Source: an archaeon
GTDB taxonomy: Archaea; Undinarchaeota; Undinarchaeia; Undinarchaeales; JBDRKL01
Assembly (NCBI GenBank): GCA_043814055.1
Contig: JBDRKL010000007.1
Location: forward strand, 62,766 to 126,765
Reading direction: 5' to 3'
DNA: 64,000 nt
The notes beneath the pieces were generated by a model, which worked only from the letters and a program-made list of their open reading frames with translations, made no database searches and was not told where the DNA came from. Made by a program: the position numbers and the translations under genes. Numbering within the stretch: position 1 is the stretch's first letter; every line of letters starts with the position of its first letter. Positions 47,916 through 55,702 of this stretch are shown here, one piece after another.

Positions 47916-49146
47916 GTTTGTTTTTCCCGCCTTTGAATTTCTTCGCTGAGTTTCTCAGTGTCTGGAACGCGATGAGGTCCTCGCCCGCGAGGAACGAGAG
48001 GCACGCACCACCGCCCGTGCTTATGTGGGTTATCTTGTCCTCAAGCCCGAGGTGCACAACCGCGGTTGCGATGTGCCCGCCGCCGACCACTGTGAACGCC
48101 TTTGACTCCGCGACCGCTTTCACGATTTCGTGCGTGCCCTTGGCAAAGTTCTTCTCCTCAAATATGCCCATCGGGCCGTTCGCAACTATCGTGCCAGCAG
48201 TTTCAAGAATATACTTGTACCTGCCGATTGTTCCAGTGCCAATGTCTGCAATCCTGTAGGGCAAAGGTAGTTCTGAAAGCGAGACCTCAAGGCGCTGGCC
48301 GTGCTTGTCAACCGCGACATCCATCGGCACTTCAATCTGAGTTCCGTACTTGTTGAGAAGATTCTTTGCCTGCTCCACAAGTTTTGGGTAGTCCTCCATG
48401 TACTCTAAGCCGCGGATTTCATAGCCCTTTGCAATCAGGAAAATGTTTGCAACCAGACCACCTGTTAGTATCTTGTCCGCAATTTTTTTCTCAAGGTACT
48501 GCTCAACGGATTTCAGCGAAGTTTTTACCTTTGACCCGCCGACCACGAAAACGCTCGGCTTTTTCTTTGACGTTATGACCTTGGTGAGCATTTCAAACTC
48601 GTTCTGCATAACTCGGCCTGCTGTAGAGGGTAGGAGCTCTGTGAAGCCAACCATTGAAGGCTGGGAGCGATGCGCTGCAGCGAAAGCGTCGCTCACGAAA
48701 ATGTCGCCGAGCGGGGCGAGCGCGCGGATGAAATACGAGTTGGACTGAACGTCCGGCGGGCGCTTTAGGAGCTCTTCTGAAAGGAAGCGCACGTTTTCAA
48801 GAAGGATTATTTCGCCGTCCTTCATCCCCTTTATTTTTTCGCAGGCGGTCGGACCGATTATGTCCGGAACATGCTCAACCTTGAGGCCGAGTTCGTTGAG
48901 GCGGGCGGCGTGCTTTTTTAGGGAGGTGAAGTCGTAGTCATTGCCTGGCCTGCCCTGGTGAGCAAGCACAACAACCTTGGCGCCTTTCTTTGAGAGCTCC
49001 TTGAGGGTTTCCGCGTGCTTTATTATTCTGCGGTCGTCAAGGAACTTGTCAGTTTCAATGTCTATCGGGCAGTTCAAGTCCACTCGAACAAAAGTTGTCT
49101 TGCCCTTGAAGTCCAGGTCGTCAATTGTCATAATTCCGTCAATCAT
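47902..49146 (-). CDS. pgk: Phosphoglycerate kinase
   Basis: RVDLNCP, HQGRP, LLENVRF, DAFAAAHR, NGPMGIFE, STGGGA. Confidence 0.95.
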   Translation of the reverse strand: MIDGIMTIDDLDFKGKTTFVRVDLNCPIDIETDKFLDDRRIIKHAETLKELSKKGAKVVVLAHQGRPGNDYDFTSLKKHAARLNELGLKVEHVPDIIGPTACEKIKGMKDGEIILLENVRFLSEELLKRPPDVQSNSYFIRALAPLGDIFVSDAFAAAHRSQPSMVGFTELLPSTAGRVMQNEFEMLTKVITSKKKPSVFVVGGSKVKTSLKSVEQYLEKKIADKILTGGLVANIFLIAKGYEIRGLEYMEDYPKLVEQAKNLLNKYGTQIEVPMDVAVDKHGQRLEVSLSELPLPYRIADIGTGTIGRYKYILETAGTIVANGPMGIFEEKNFAKGTHEIVKAVAESKAFTVVGGGHIATAVVHLGLEDKITHISTGGGACLSFLAGEDLIAFQTLRNSAKKFKGGKNKPKED

Positions 49147-49220
49147 TTCTTTTCACCTCTTTCATCAACAAAGACAGGAACTCGAATGCTGTCAGATTTC
49201 TCAGGGCATTTGAGTCTCAT
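49144..49220 (-). repeat. Start-codon dumbbell element (74 nt) with AAATGA duplication; stem 2 degenerate
   Basis: ATGA[G]ACTCAAATGC/GCATTCGAGTTCCT; TGATGAAAGAGGTGAAA shared with the 2.4-kb copy; 25-aa mini-ORF 49143-49220. Confidence 0.8.
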
Positions 49221-49879
49221 TTGTATCCTCCACAGATGTCCTCAAGAACTGCCTTGGGGTCTTCCGCTTTTGTGAAAGCCGACGCGAGCAGGACACCTGA
49301 GACACCGAGCTCTACGGCTTTTTTAACATCAACTCCGTTTGAAATTCCAGCACCGCAGAGGACTATTGTTTCCTGATTTACCTCGCGGATTTTTGCAATC
49401 GTGTCTGTGATAATTTCAGGATTCGCGGTTGAGACCGAAACGCCGCTCCCTATTAGCGCAGGGGGCTCAACTGCTATGAAATCTGGATTGAACGCTGCGT
49501 ATGCTTTGCTTGAGTCTGCGTTATGGGAACAAACCAGGGCTTTCATTCCGAGCTCGTGGAGTTTCTTTATTGATTTTTCAATTTGCTCCAGCTCAATGCG
49601 CTTTTCCGAGTGGTTGATTAGGCTGCCTGTTGCGCCTGCGAGTTTTGTAGCCTCTGTGAGCTGAGCGCCAGTACCTGAGCCAGGGCTGATAGGATCAATA
49701 TGCTGAGCATAAGTTTCAATTATTTTAGAAACAGCTTTGAGATCCGCAGACTGCGGGGCGATTATGACTCGGACTCCTGTTGCCTCAGAAACGCCCTTTG
49801 CAATTTTCGCGAGTTTTAGAGCGTTTTGACCGATTGCTTGTGTGTATGCTTTAAAATTAAGCACTACTAAAGGTTCCAA
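49217..49879 (-). CDS. tpiA: Triosephosphate isomerase (archaeal type)
   Basis: NFKAY, AQH, NHSEKR, AVEPP.LIGSG, CGAGI, GVLLAS. Confidence 0.95.
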   Translation of the reverse strand: MEPLVVLNFKAYTQAIGQNALKLAKIAKGVSEATGVRVIIAPQSADLKAVSKIIETYAQHIDPISPGSGTGAQLTEATKLAGATGSLINHSEKRIELEQIEKSIKKLHELGMKALVCSHNADSSKAYAAFNPDFIAVEPPALIGSGVSVSTANPEIITDTIAKIREVNQETIVLCGAGISNGVDVKKAVELGVSGVLLASAFTKAEDPKAVLEDICGGYK

Positions 49880-49989
49880 TGCCGTTCCTATCTCCGGCTT
49901 TAATTATCAAGCTAGGTTTAAAAAGGTTGTGAATGGGGGCTTCAGCGCAACTAAAAGTATATAAAAGCGCTATCAGATAGATACGCGTT

Positions 49990-50151
49990 ATGAGTAATTG
50001 CATAAGTTGTGGAATGAGTTTAGAAAACGAAGATGCCAAGGCGGAGTTCAAATGCCCAAGCTGTGGTAAAACCGTTGTAGCCAGGTGTGGCACTTGCAGA
50101 AAGCTCTGCAGAGAGTACACTTGCAAGGACTGTGGCTACGTGGGACCCTAG
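49990..50151 (+). CDS. Small Zn-ribbon protein (HVO_2753/DUF1610-like), 53 aa
   Basis: Manual translation CISCG..FKCPSCG..RCGTCRK..YTCKDCGYVGP; usual position upstream of aEF-1beta. Confidence 0.88.
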   Translation: MSNCISCGMSLENEDAKAEFKCPSCGKTVVARCGTCRKLCREYTCKDCGYVGP

Positions 50152-50152
50152 G

Positions 50153-50461
50153 ATGAGCTCGGTCATTGTTGTATATGACATCATACCAAACGCTGAACAG
50201 GCAACACCTGAACAGATAGTTGAGAAACTGCCTGGGATTAATTTTGAGGGAAAAGGAACAGACTCCAAGGGCAAGGAGCAGGAATACTATTTCAAGCTCG
50301 GCGAGACCAAGGTTGAGGATTTTGTTTTTGGCTTGAAGAAGGTTGTCGCGACTTTTGAGATTCCGGACGCCGAGGGCGCGCTTGACGCTTTTCAGGAAAA
50401 ATTAGAGGGAATAGAAGGTGTTGAGAACGTGAACCTCGTTAATATGGGCCGACCGATTTAG
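50153..50461 (+). CDS. ef1b: Translation elongation factor aEF-1beta
   Basis: VVYDIIP, FVFGLKKV, IPDAEGALD, IEGVENV; start ATG 50153. Confidence 0.85.
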   Translation: MSSVIVVYDIIPNAEQATPEQIVEKLPGINFEGKGTDSKGKEQEYYFKLGETKVEDFVFGLKKVVATFEIPDAEGALDAFQEKLEGIEGVENVNLVNMGRPI

Positions 50462-50595
50462 TGCAAGCCGGATACACAGTGCTGGCACACATCGCTTTTC
50501 TTGCCAAGGCAATTGCTACATGTTGGCTTACCGCACTGCCTGCAGGTTTTTATAGCAATTGAGCCACAAATGTGGCACAATCCAAGGTGTTCCAT
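50458..50595 (-). CDS. Small 8-Cys zinc-finger protein (45 aa)
   Basis: Manual translation MEHLGLCHICGSIAIKTCRQCGKPTCSNCLGKKSDVCQHCVSGLH*; four CxxC motifs. Confidence 0.75.
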   Translation of the reverse strand: MEHLGLCHICGSIAIKTCRQCGKPTCSNCLGKKSDVCQHCVSGLH

Positions 50596-50635
50596 AATTT
50601 AAATAAGGATGGCGTCTATATATGTTTTCTAAAAC

Positions 50636-50825
50636 GCGGGGGTAGCAAAGCCTGGTCAAATGTGCTAGGTTCAGGGCCTAGTCTCTTAGTGAGTTCGAGG
50701 GTTCAAAACAGCGTCGCTACGCTGGCAAGCACGAGGGGTGCATCGCTCCCTTCGTCGCGAGCACCCCAACTAATACAAGTTGGGAAAAAAATGTAGCAAC
50801 GCCTGAGAAAATCCCTTCCCCCGCA
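50636..50825 (+). tRNA. tRNA-Leu(CAG) with a 104-nt intron at position 59/60 (50708-50811)
   Basis: Acceptor GCGGGGG/CCCCCGC-A; anticodon arm CTAGG-TTCAGGG-CCTAG; long variable arm; T stem GAGGG/CCCTT; BHB GGG TTCA AA^A CAG...CTG AGAA AA^T CCC restores the TTCAAAT loop; TATA TTTAAATA near 50598. Confidence 0.9.
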
Positions 50826-50836
50826 TCATAATAAAA

Positions 50837-51208
50837 ATGAGAATAAAAAAAGTAATCAAAGCACCAGATAATTATGAAGGCTTAGGTAGAGCTGAAACTC
50901 AAACTTTTTTATCAACAGTTGCAACATTAAGCGCCACTTTGTTAGGGCTGTATATGTTAACAATAACATTTGCAATAGGCCAGGGAATTAAATTCACACC
51001 AGGAGGAGTCACTAATATAAAAGTAACTGTAATAATCTATGTTCTTTCCTTAGTGTTAACTCTTGTGTCTATGATAATTGTTGCAGATACCGCAACAGGT
51101 CGGAAGGCACGTCTTGTTACTGCAATAATTGTTTCTGCGATATTTTTTGTAGGGGTAATCCTTATGACCACAGGAATAATGTACCCATTAATTGCAGCAA
51201 TGTTATAA
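50837..51208 (+). CDS. Hypothetical 3-TM membrane protein
   Basis: Hydrophobic ORF directly downstream of the tRNA. Confidence 0.55.
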   Translation: MRIKKVIKAPDNYEGLGRAETQTFLSTVATLSATLLGLYMLTITFAIGQGIKFTPGGVTNIKVTVIIYVLSLVLTLVSMIIVADTATGRKARLVTAIIVSAIFFVGVILMTTGIMYPLIAAML

Positions 51209-51217
51209 CCAAATTAA

Positions 51218-52219
51218 ATGAACTCAAAACTCAAACACCTCCTTGAAGAAAAAAAACTGGATGCCTTGCTTCTGGTTAATGGTTCGCATCCGAGGTTTGA
51301 CCCGAATTTTACATACTTCACCGGCTTGGATGATTACTCCGGCTCAATCGCGCTTGTTGGAGACAAGACAGAAGTTTATGTACCGGAGTTTGAAGTGCTG
51401 AGAGCGAAGATTGAATCAAAAAAAAGCTGCAAGGTTTTTGAAAGACCCATAAAGTTCAGCGAGCTCACGAAGAGATTGAAGAGCATGAAGCTCGGCGTGA
51501 ACGGCAGCGCGCTGACCATTGAGCAGAGCAGGGAATTGAAGAAGAGCAAGATAAAAATGCTTGACGTTGGGCGGGACTTGAGAAATATGAGAATGATAAA
51601 GTCCGCGGACGAGATTGAAAAGCTCCGGAAGGCTGTGCGGATTTCAAAAGGGTTTCATAACCAGACTTATAGGGATAAAACAGAGCGGGAGATTGCAGCT
51701 GATTTCTATCATTATATTACAGAGAAGGGCTGCAAGGCGAGCTATGACCCTGTTATTGCCTATGACGCGCGGGCTGCGCTTCCGCATTCAAAGTTCACAG
51801 AAGGCAGGGGCAGTAAATGTTTGCTGATTGACGCGGGAGCGGCCTGGAAAGGCTACAAGGGGGATATCACGAGGACGTATATGCTCAAGAGCGACAAGAA
51901 ATTAAAAGAGATTTATGATATTGTAAAGACTGCGCAGGGAATGGGAATTGACGCGGTTGCATCTGGAGTTAAAGCCGCAGAGGTTGACAAGGTTGTGCGG
52001 GATTATTTGAAGAAGCACGGCTATGATTTGATTCACGCGACAGGGCATGGGATTGGATTGAATGTGCACGAGAAGCCTTACATAAGCGACAAGGCTGTTG
52101 AAGTTCTTGAGCCAGGAATGGTGTTCAGCATTGAGCCTGGGATTTATATTAAGGGAAAATACGGAGTTAGGATTGAGGATGATGTTTTGGTTACTAAGAC
52201 TGGCAGGAAAGTGTTATGA
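51218..52219 (+). CDS. Xaa-Pro aminopeptidase/prolidase (M24B)
   Basis: ALPH, IDAGA..GY.GDITRT, HATGHGIGLNVHE, EPGIY, GVRIEDD. Confidence 0.92.
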   Translation: MNSKLKHLLEEKKLDALLLVNGSHPRFDPNFTYFTGLDDYSGSIALVGDKTEVYVPEFEVLRAKIESKKSCKVFERPIKFSELTKRLKSMKLGVNGSALTIEQSRELKKSKIKMLDVGRDLRNMRMIKSADEIEKLRKAVRISKGFHNQTYRDKTEREIAADFYHYITEKGCKASYDPVIAYDARAALPHSKFTEGRGSKCLLIDAGAAWKGYKGDITRTYMLKSDKKLKEIYDIVKTAQGMGIDAVASGVKAAEVDKVVRDYLKKHGYDLIHATGHGIGLNVHEKPYISDKAVEVLEPGMVFSIEPGIYIKGKYGVRIEDDVLVTKTGRKVL

Positions 52220-53064
52220 AGTATCAGGAAGAGTGCTGGGATTGCGCTTATAATCAGATAAAACGGGCGGCGAAGCACGGTATCAAAGATGAGGAGAAGC
52301 GGAAGAAAGTGATTGAAAAGGCGAACAAGATTGCAGAGAAAAGCGTTCCAGTAGACACGCCAGCAGAGTTTGGCACTAAGATTCACGCCTACATAAATGA
52401 GAATTCAGATACTTACCCGTTTGAAGAGTTCCGAGTGAAAGGATTGGAAGCTGCAGAGAAAGCGCTTGAGATTTTGAAACCGGAGATAAAGACACTCAAG
52501 GACGCGTGCGTTGCCGCAATAATTGGAAATTACATTGACTCAACCCCGATGGGCGATGATATGGGCAAACTGGACGAGTTCAGGAATATGATTCACGAGG
52601 AGCTTGCTGTTGATGATTTTGAAAAGTTTGAAAAGCTTTTGGAAAGCGCGAAGACTGTTGTTTATTTGACTGATAATTACGGGGAGCACTTGTTTGACCT
52701 TGAAGTTGTGCGGATGCTAAGCGAGCTGGAAAAGGACGTTACCTGCGTTGGGAAAGCAGGAAAGATTTTGAATGATGCAACTGCGCAGGATTTGAAGGAT
52801 GCCGGGTTTGAGAAGTATGCGAAAGTTGAATCGCTCGGAGCTGCGTGCATCGGAGTAGTTTGGGAAGCGGTTTCAGAGGATTTCAAAAAGCTTTTTGAAG
52901 AGGGGGATTTAATAATTGCAAAAGGCATGGGCAATTACGAGAGCTTGGAGGACAATCCGCGGGAAATTGTGTTTATGCTCAGGGCGAAGTGCTGGCCGGT
53001 TGCGCGAAATTTGGGAGTGCAGAAGGGGGATAATGTGCTTAAGGTGAAAGAGAAGAAGGATTAA
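52216..53064 (+). CDS. DUF89/ARMT1-like damage-control phosphatase
   Basis: EECWDC, GNYID, TDNYGE..FD, LNDAT, AKGMGNYESL, LRAKC. Confidence 0.88.
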   Translation: MKYQEECWDCAYNQIKRAAKHGIKDEEKRKKVIEKANKIAEKSVPVDTPAEFGTKIHAYINENSDTYPFEEFRVKGLEAAEKALEILKPEIKTLKDACVAAIIGNYIDSTPMGDDMGKLDEFRNMIHEELAVDDFEKFEKLLESAKTVVYLTDNYGEHLFDLEVVRMLSELEKDVTCVGKAGKILNDATAQDLKDAGFEKYAKVESLGAACIGVVWEAVSEDFKKLFEEGDLIIAKGMGNYESLEDNPREIVFMLRAKCWPVARNLGVQKGDNVLKVKEKKD

Positions 53065-53087
53065 CGTAGTTTTACAGTGAGTGGAAC

Positions 53088-53687
53088 TTATACTAAATAT
53101 TGTTTTGTTATTTGCCACTGCCAGAAATTTAAAAGATCAACCGCGGATTCTTCTCTTGTGAGTTCTCCTGCTTTTTCTACATATTCAAGTCGTTTAAGTT
53201 TAGAATTAATTTCGTATTTATGATGCTCTGTTGTTCTGACGTCGCCAGTGGCGAATTTTGTATACTGCCCACTTTCAAATTCATTGGAAAGAGCCATCAA
53301 GCCGAGCAGATTGTGCAGATATATACCACCGTAAATGCTGGCTGTACTACCGCATAAAAGTATTGTACTTGCTATTTCATTTCTTTTTGAACTTTGATCT
53401 TTTAATTCTTCTAAAAGTTTTTTGGTTTCTTTTAGACGAATAGAAAATAATTTGAGGCAAGAAAGCAATTCCATCTGCTCTTTGTCATATCCCTTAAAAG
53501 CAAAGAGGTCTCGTTTTTCATAAAACTGCCAGAGCTCATTGAATCCTTTATAAGATCCCTTAGGGTGTTTCCCCTCAAGTATACTGAAGTATAGCCCTTG
53601 AAAACAATTTATTGGACCAGAGGTATGTTTTCCGCTATGGAAAAAGAATTTCTCATACCAATCAATCCAATCACTAAGCGTTTTCAT
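53088..53687 (-). CDS. Hypothetical protein
   Basis: 199-aa ORF overlapping the DUF371 stop; no family recognised. Confidence 0.5.
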   Translation of the reverse strand: MKTLSDWIDWYEKFFFHSGKHTSGPINCFQGLYFSILEGKHPKGSYKGFNELWQFYEKRDLFAFKGYDKEQMELLSCLKLFSIRLKETKKLLEELKDQSSKRNEIASTILLCGSTASIYGGIYLHNLLGLMALSNEFESGQYTKFATGDVRTTEHHKYEINSKLKRLEYVEKAGELTREESAVDLLNFWQWQITKQYLV

Positions 53688-54087
53688 AAGTTATCTCCAT
53701 AGTTAGTTCGTTCTTTGAATTCTTTAACTTTTCTACAAATTCTCTGTTTAAATCTGCACAGGCTTTGTCCGCGTTGATGCAGAGTGTTCTGTCATCAATG
53801 AAATCGCTTTTGCGGATTACAATGTCTTGGGTGTTTGTTAAAATCAGGTTAGGAGAGCCGCGAGCCTTGATTATCTCAACCAAACCATCAACTTTTAAAA
53901 TGATTTGAACTTCGCAGTCGGTTTTGAGCTTTTGTTTTAAGTCTTCAGGAAGATCAGAGCAGGCTGCGGTTGCTGAAACCCCGATGATGCAATCACCCTG
54001 CAGGGTTAGGTCTGATTCTTTTGTTACTTCTATTGTGGTTTTGTGCGTGGCTTGGATGTTGGAATGGCCGCGGGCTGTGAGAATCAT
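53674..54087 (-). CDS. DUF371 family protein
   Basis: ARGH.NI.ATH.TT.EVTKE..LT..GDCIIGV, VIRKSDF, ADKA..DL. Confidence 0.9.
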   Translation of the reverse strand: MILTARGHSNIQATHKTTIEVTKESDLTLQGDCIIGVSATAACSDLPEDLKQKLKTDCEVQIILKVDGLVEIIKARGSPNLILTNTQDIVIRKSDFIDDRTLCINADKACADLNREFVEKLKNSKNELTMEITYENA

Positions 54088-54482
54088 TCTATTTTCTTCC
54101 CTGCATTCTCGCCAGGCATCAAGTTGTAAACTTCTTCAACCACGAATTCAACAAGGCCTTTTGGGTTTTTGGCAGGGTTGATTGACTGGAGCCACTTGAT
54201 GCATTCCAAGTGCTTTTCATCTCCGCTGTGGTAAGTTGCTGTGCCAACGAGCTTGTAAGACTCCTCGGTTTTGGCGTCCCAGAATGAGACGCAGCATTTC
54301 GGATTTGCCTGGACATTTTCCGCTGTTTTCTTCATAAAGTTGTCTGCGAACCAGATTGTTTTTTCATCAACAATCTTTTTCCAGTAGATTGGAACTGCGT
54401 TCGGCGTTCCATCTGCAGAGGTTGTTGCAACCACTACAAGGTCCTGAGACTCAAAGAGATTTTTTATTGCTTCGGTTATCAT
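54084..54482 (-). CDS. Pyridoxamine 5'-phosphate oxidase-like FMN-binding protein
   Basis: VATTSADGTPN, DNFMKKT..N...NP, SYKLVG, PGENAG. Confidence 0.85.
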   Translation of the reverse strand: MITEAIKNLFESQDLVVVATTSADGTPNAVPIYWKKIVDEKTIWFADNFMKKTAENVQANPKCCVSFWDAKTEESYKLVGTATYHSGDEKHLECIKWLQSINPAKNPKGLVEFVVEEVYNLMPGENAGKKIE

Positions 54483-54525
54483 TCTACCACCTATAAAATA
54501 GTAGGTGGGCTGATATAAATAATTA

Positions 54526-55137
54526 TTAGATAACCCGGCTCAGCCTGTCCTTCAACGCTTCTTTCTCTGAGATTGACGTGTATCCTGCTATGTGGTCTAT
54601 TTGTTTTCCATCTTTGAATACCAGAATTGCTGGGAGCGTATGTACTCCGAACTTGTCCATCAGGTGCGGTGCCTCTCTTGCATTGAGCTTGTGGACTGGA
54701 ACGTCCTTGAGCATTTTTGGCAGGATGTCTGAGTAGAGCGCTGCGTTCAACCGGCATCTTGAGGCAAAGTTTTCACTCCAGAACTCCACAAGTACTATTC
54801 CTTTTTGATTTATTTTTTCTTCAAAGTCTTTGTTGGTTATGACTGATTCGTTCTCGCTTGGGTCTGCGTTGAACCTTGGCTCTTTTATTTCAGCATCGCC
54901 CTTTGAGTATTTTGAGACTTCCTCGTCAAGCTTTTTCAATCCTTCATTGTTTATTGCGCCGAGCACTGCCCGGGCTGGGCAGGTCTTGATGCACTGGAAA
55001 CAGTCGTTGCATTTTGAATTGTCCACTTCAGGCCGCTTGGTTTTCTCGTTAAAGCTCCACGCTTTCTGCGGGCAAGCTGTGATGCACGGGCATCCTTTCC
55101 CCTTGTCGCAGATGTTGTGGTTTATTTTGATAGGCAT
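54526..55137 (-). CDS. 2x[4Fe-4S] ferredoxin fused to a thioredoxin-fold domain
   Basis: CDKGKGCPCITACP and CNDCFQCIKTCP; Trx-like VLVEFWS..RC, FGV..LP..LVFKDGK; start ATG 55137. Confidence 0.8.
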   Translation of the reverse strand: MPIKINHNICDKGKGCPCITACPQKAWSFNEKTKRPEVDNSKCNDCFQCIKTCPARAVLGAINNEGLKKLDEEVSKYSKGDAEIKEPRFNADPSENESVITNKDFEEKINQKGIVLVEFWSENFASRCRLNAALYSDILPKMLKDVPVHKLNAREAPHLMDKFGVHTLPAILVFKDGKQIDHIAGYTSISEKEALKDRLSRVI

Positions 55138-55172
55138 GGACAGTAACCGTGCCAAATACTATTTAAAAAGAT

Positions 55173-55233
55173 TTTCGTAAGATTTACGTAGCAGAACCTT
55201 TAAATAGTTTGAATTTCGTAAATAATACGAAAT
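55173..55233. promoter_or_regulatory. Two CGTA-N5-TACG palindromes and divergent TATA boxes; candidate Lrp operators
   Basis: TTTCGTA-AGATT-TACG (55173-55188) and perfect ATTTCGTA-AATAA-TACGAAAT (55213-55233). Confidence 0.6.
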
Positions 55234-55702
55234 GAAAGGATTTGACTCTTTGAAGAAGGATGATAAGAAGCTCTTGGATTTGCTTCAGAATAAGGATGCG
55301 TGTACTCCGCGCATAACGTTTTTGGCTAGGAAAATGGGCCTGCCGACCTCTACTGTGCAGGCGAAATTGGACAAGTTTGAGAAAGAGGGGTATATTCAAG
55401 GTTACTCTGCTGAGCTTGACCCTGAGAAAGTTGAGAAGTCGCTTGTTGCTTTCAAATTTGTGAGAAAGAAGTTTCAGAAGCCAGAGGATATGCATAAGTT
55501 TGGGGAGTATCTGGCGAAGCTGCCTGGGGTGCAGGAGGTCTATTTCACAGTCGGGGAATGGGGCTTTGTGACCAAGTGGAGATTCAGGGATCACAGGGAT
55601 TATGTAAAGACCATACCACAGATTGGGGTGTGGTCAGACGCGTGCCAGGGTATGATGGCTCCGAAGACTTTCAAGGATAGTAGGAAAGTTATAATAGATT
55701 AA
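55232..55702 (+). CDS. Lrp/AsnC transcriptional regulator
   Basis: D.KLL..LQ, LARKMGLPTSTV....KFEKEGYIQGY, LPGVQEVY..VGEW. Confidence 0.9.
   Translation: MKGFDSLKKDDKKLLDLLQNKDACTPRITFLARKMGLPTSTVQAKLDKFEKEGYIQGYSAELDPEKVEKSLVAFKFVRKKFQKPEDMHKFGEYLAKLPGVQEVYFTVGEWGFVTKWRFRDHRDYVKTIPQIGVWSDACQGMMAPKTFKDSRKVIID

Noticed and set aside
50572-50796. 74-aa ORF from the track
   Set aside because: Overlaps the tRNA-Leu gene and its intron; spurious.
50826-51208. Possible integrated element downstream of the tRNA
   Set aside because: No integrase, and no duplicated tRNA 3' end found by eye in the window.
53088-53687. AT-rich orphan ORF as a toxin or defence gene
   Set aside because: No recognisable catalytic motif or partner gene; left as hypothetical.
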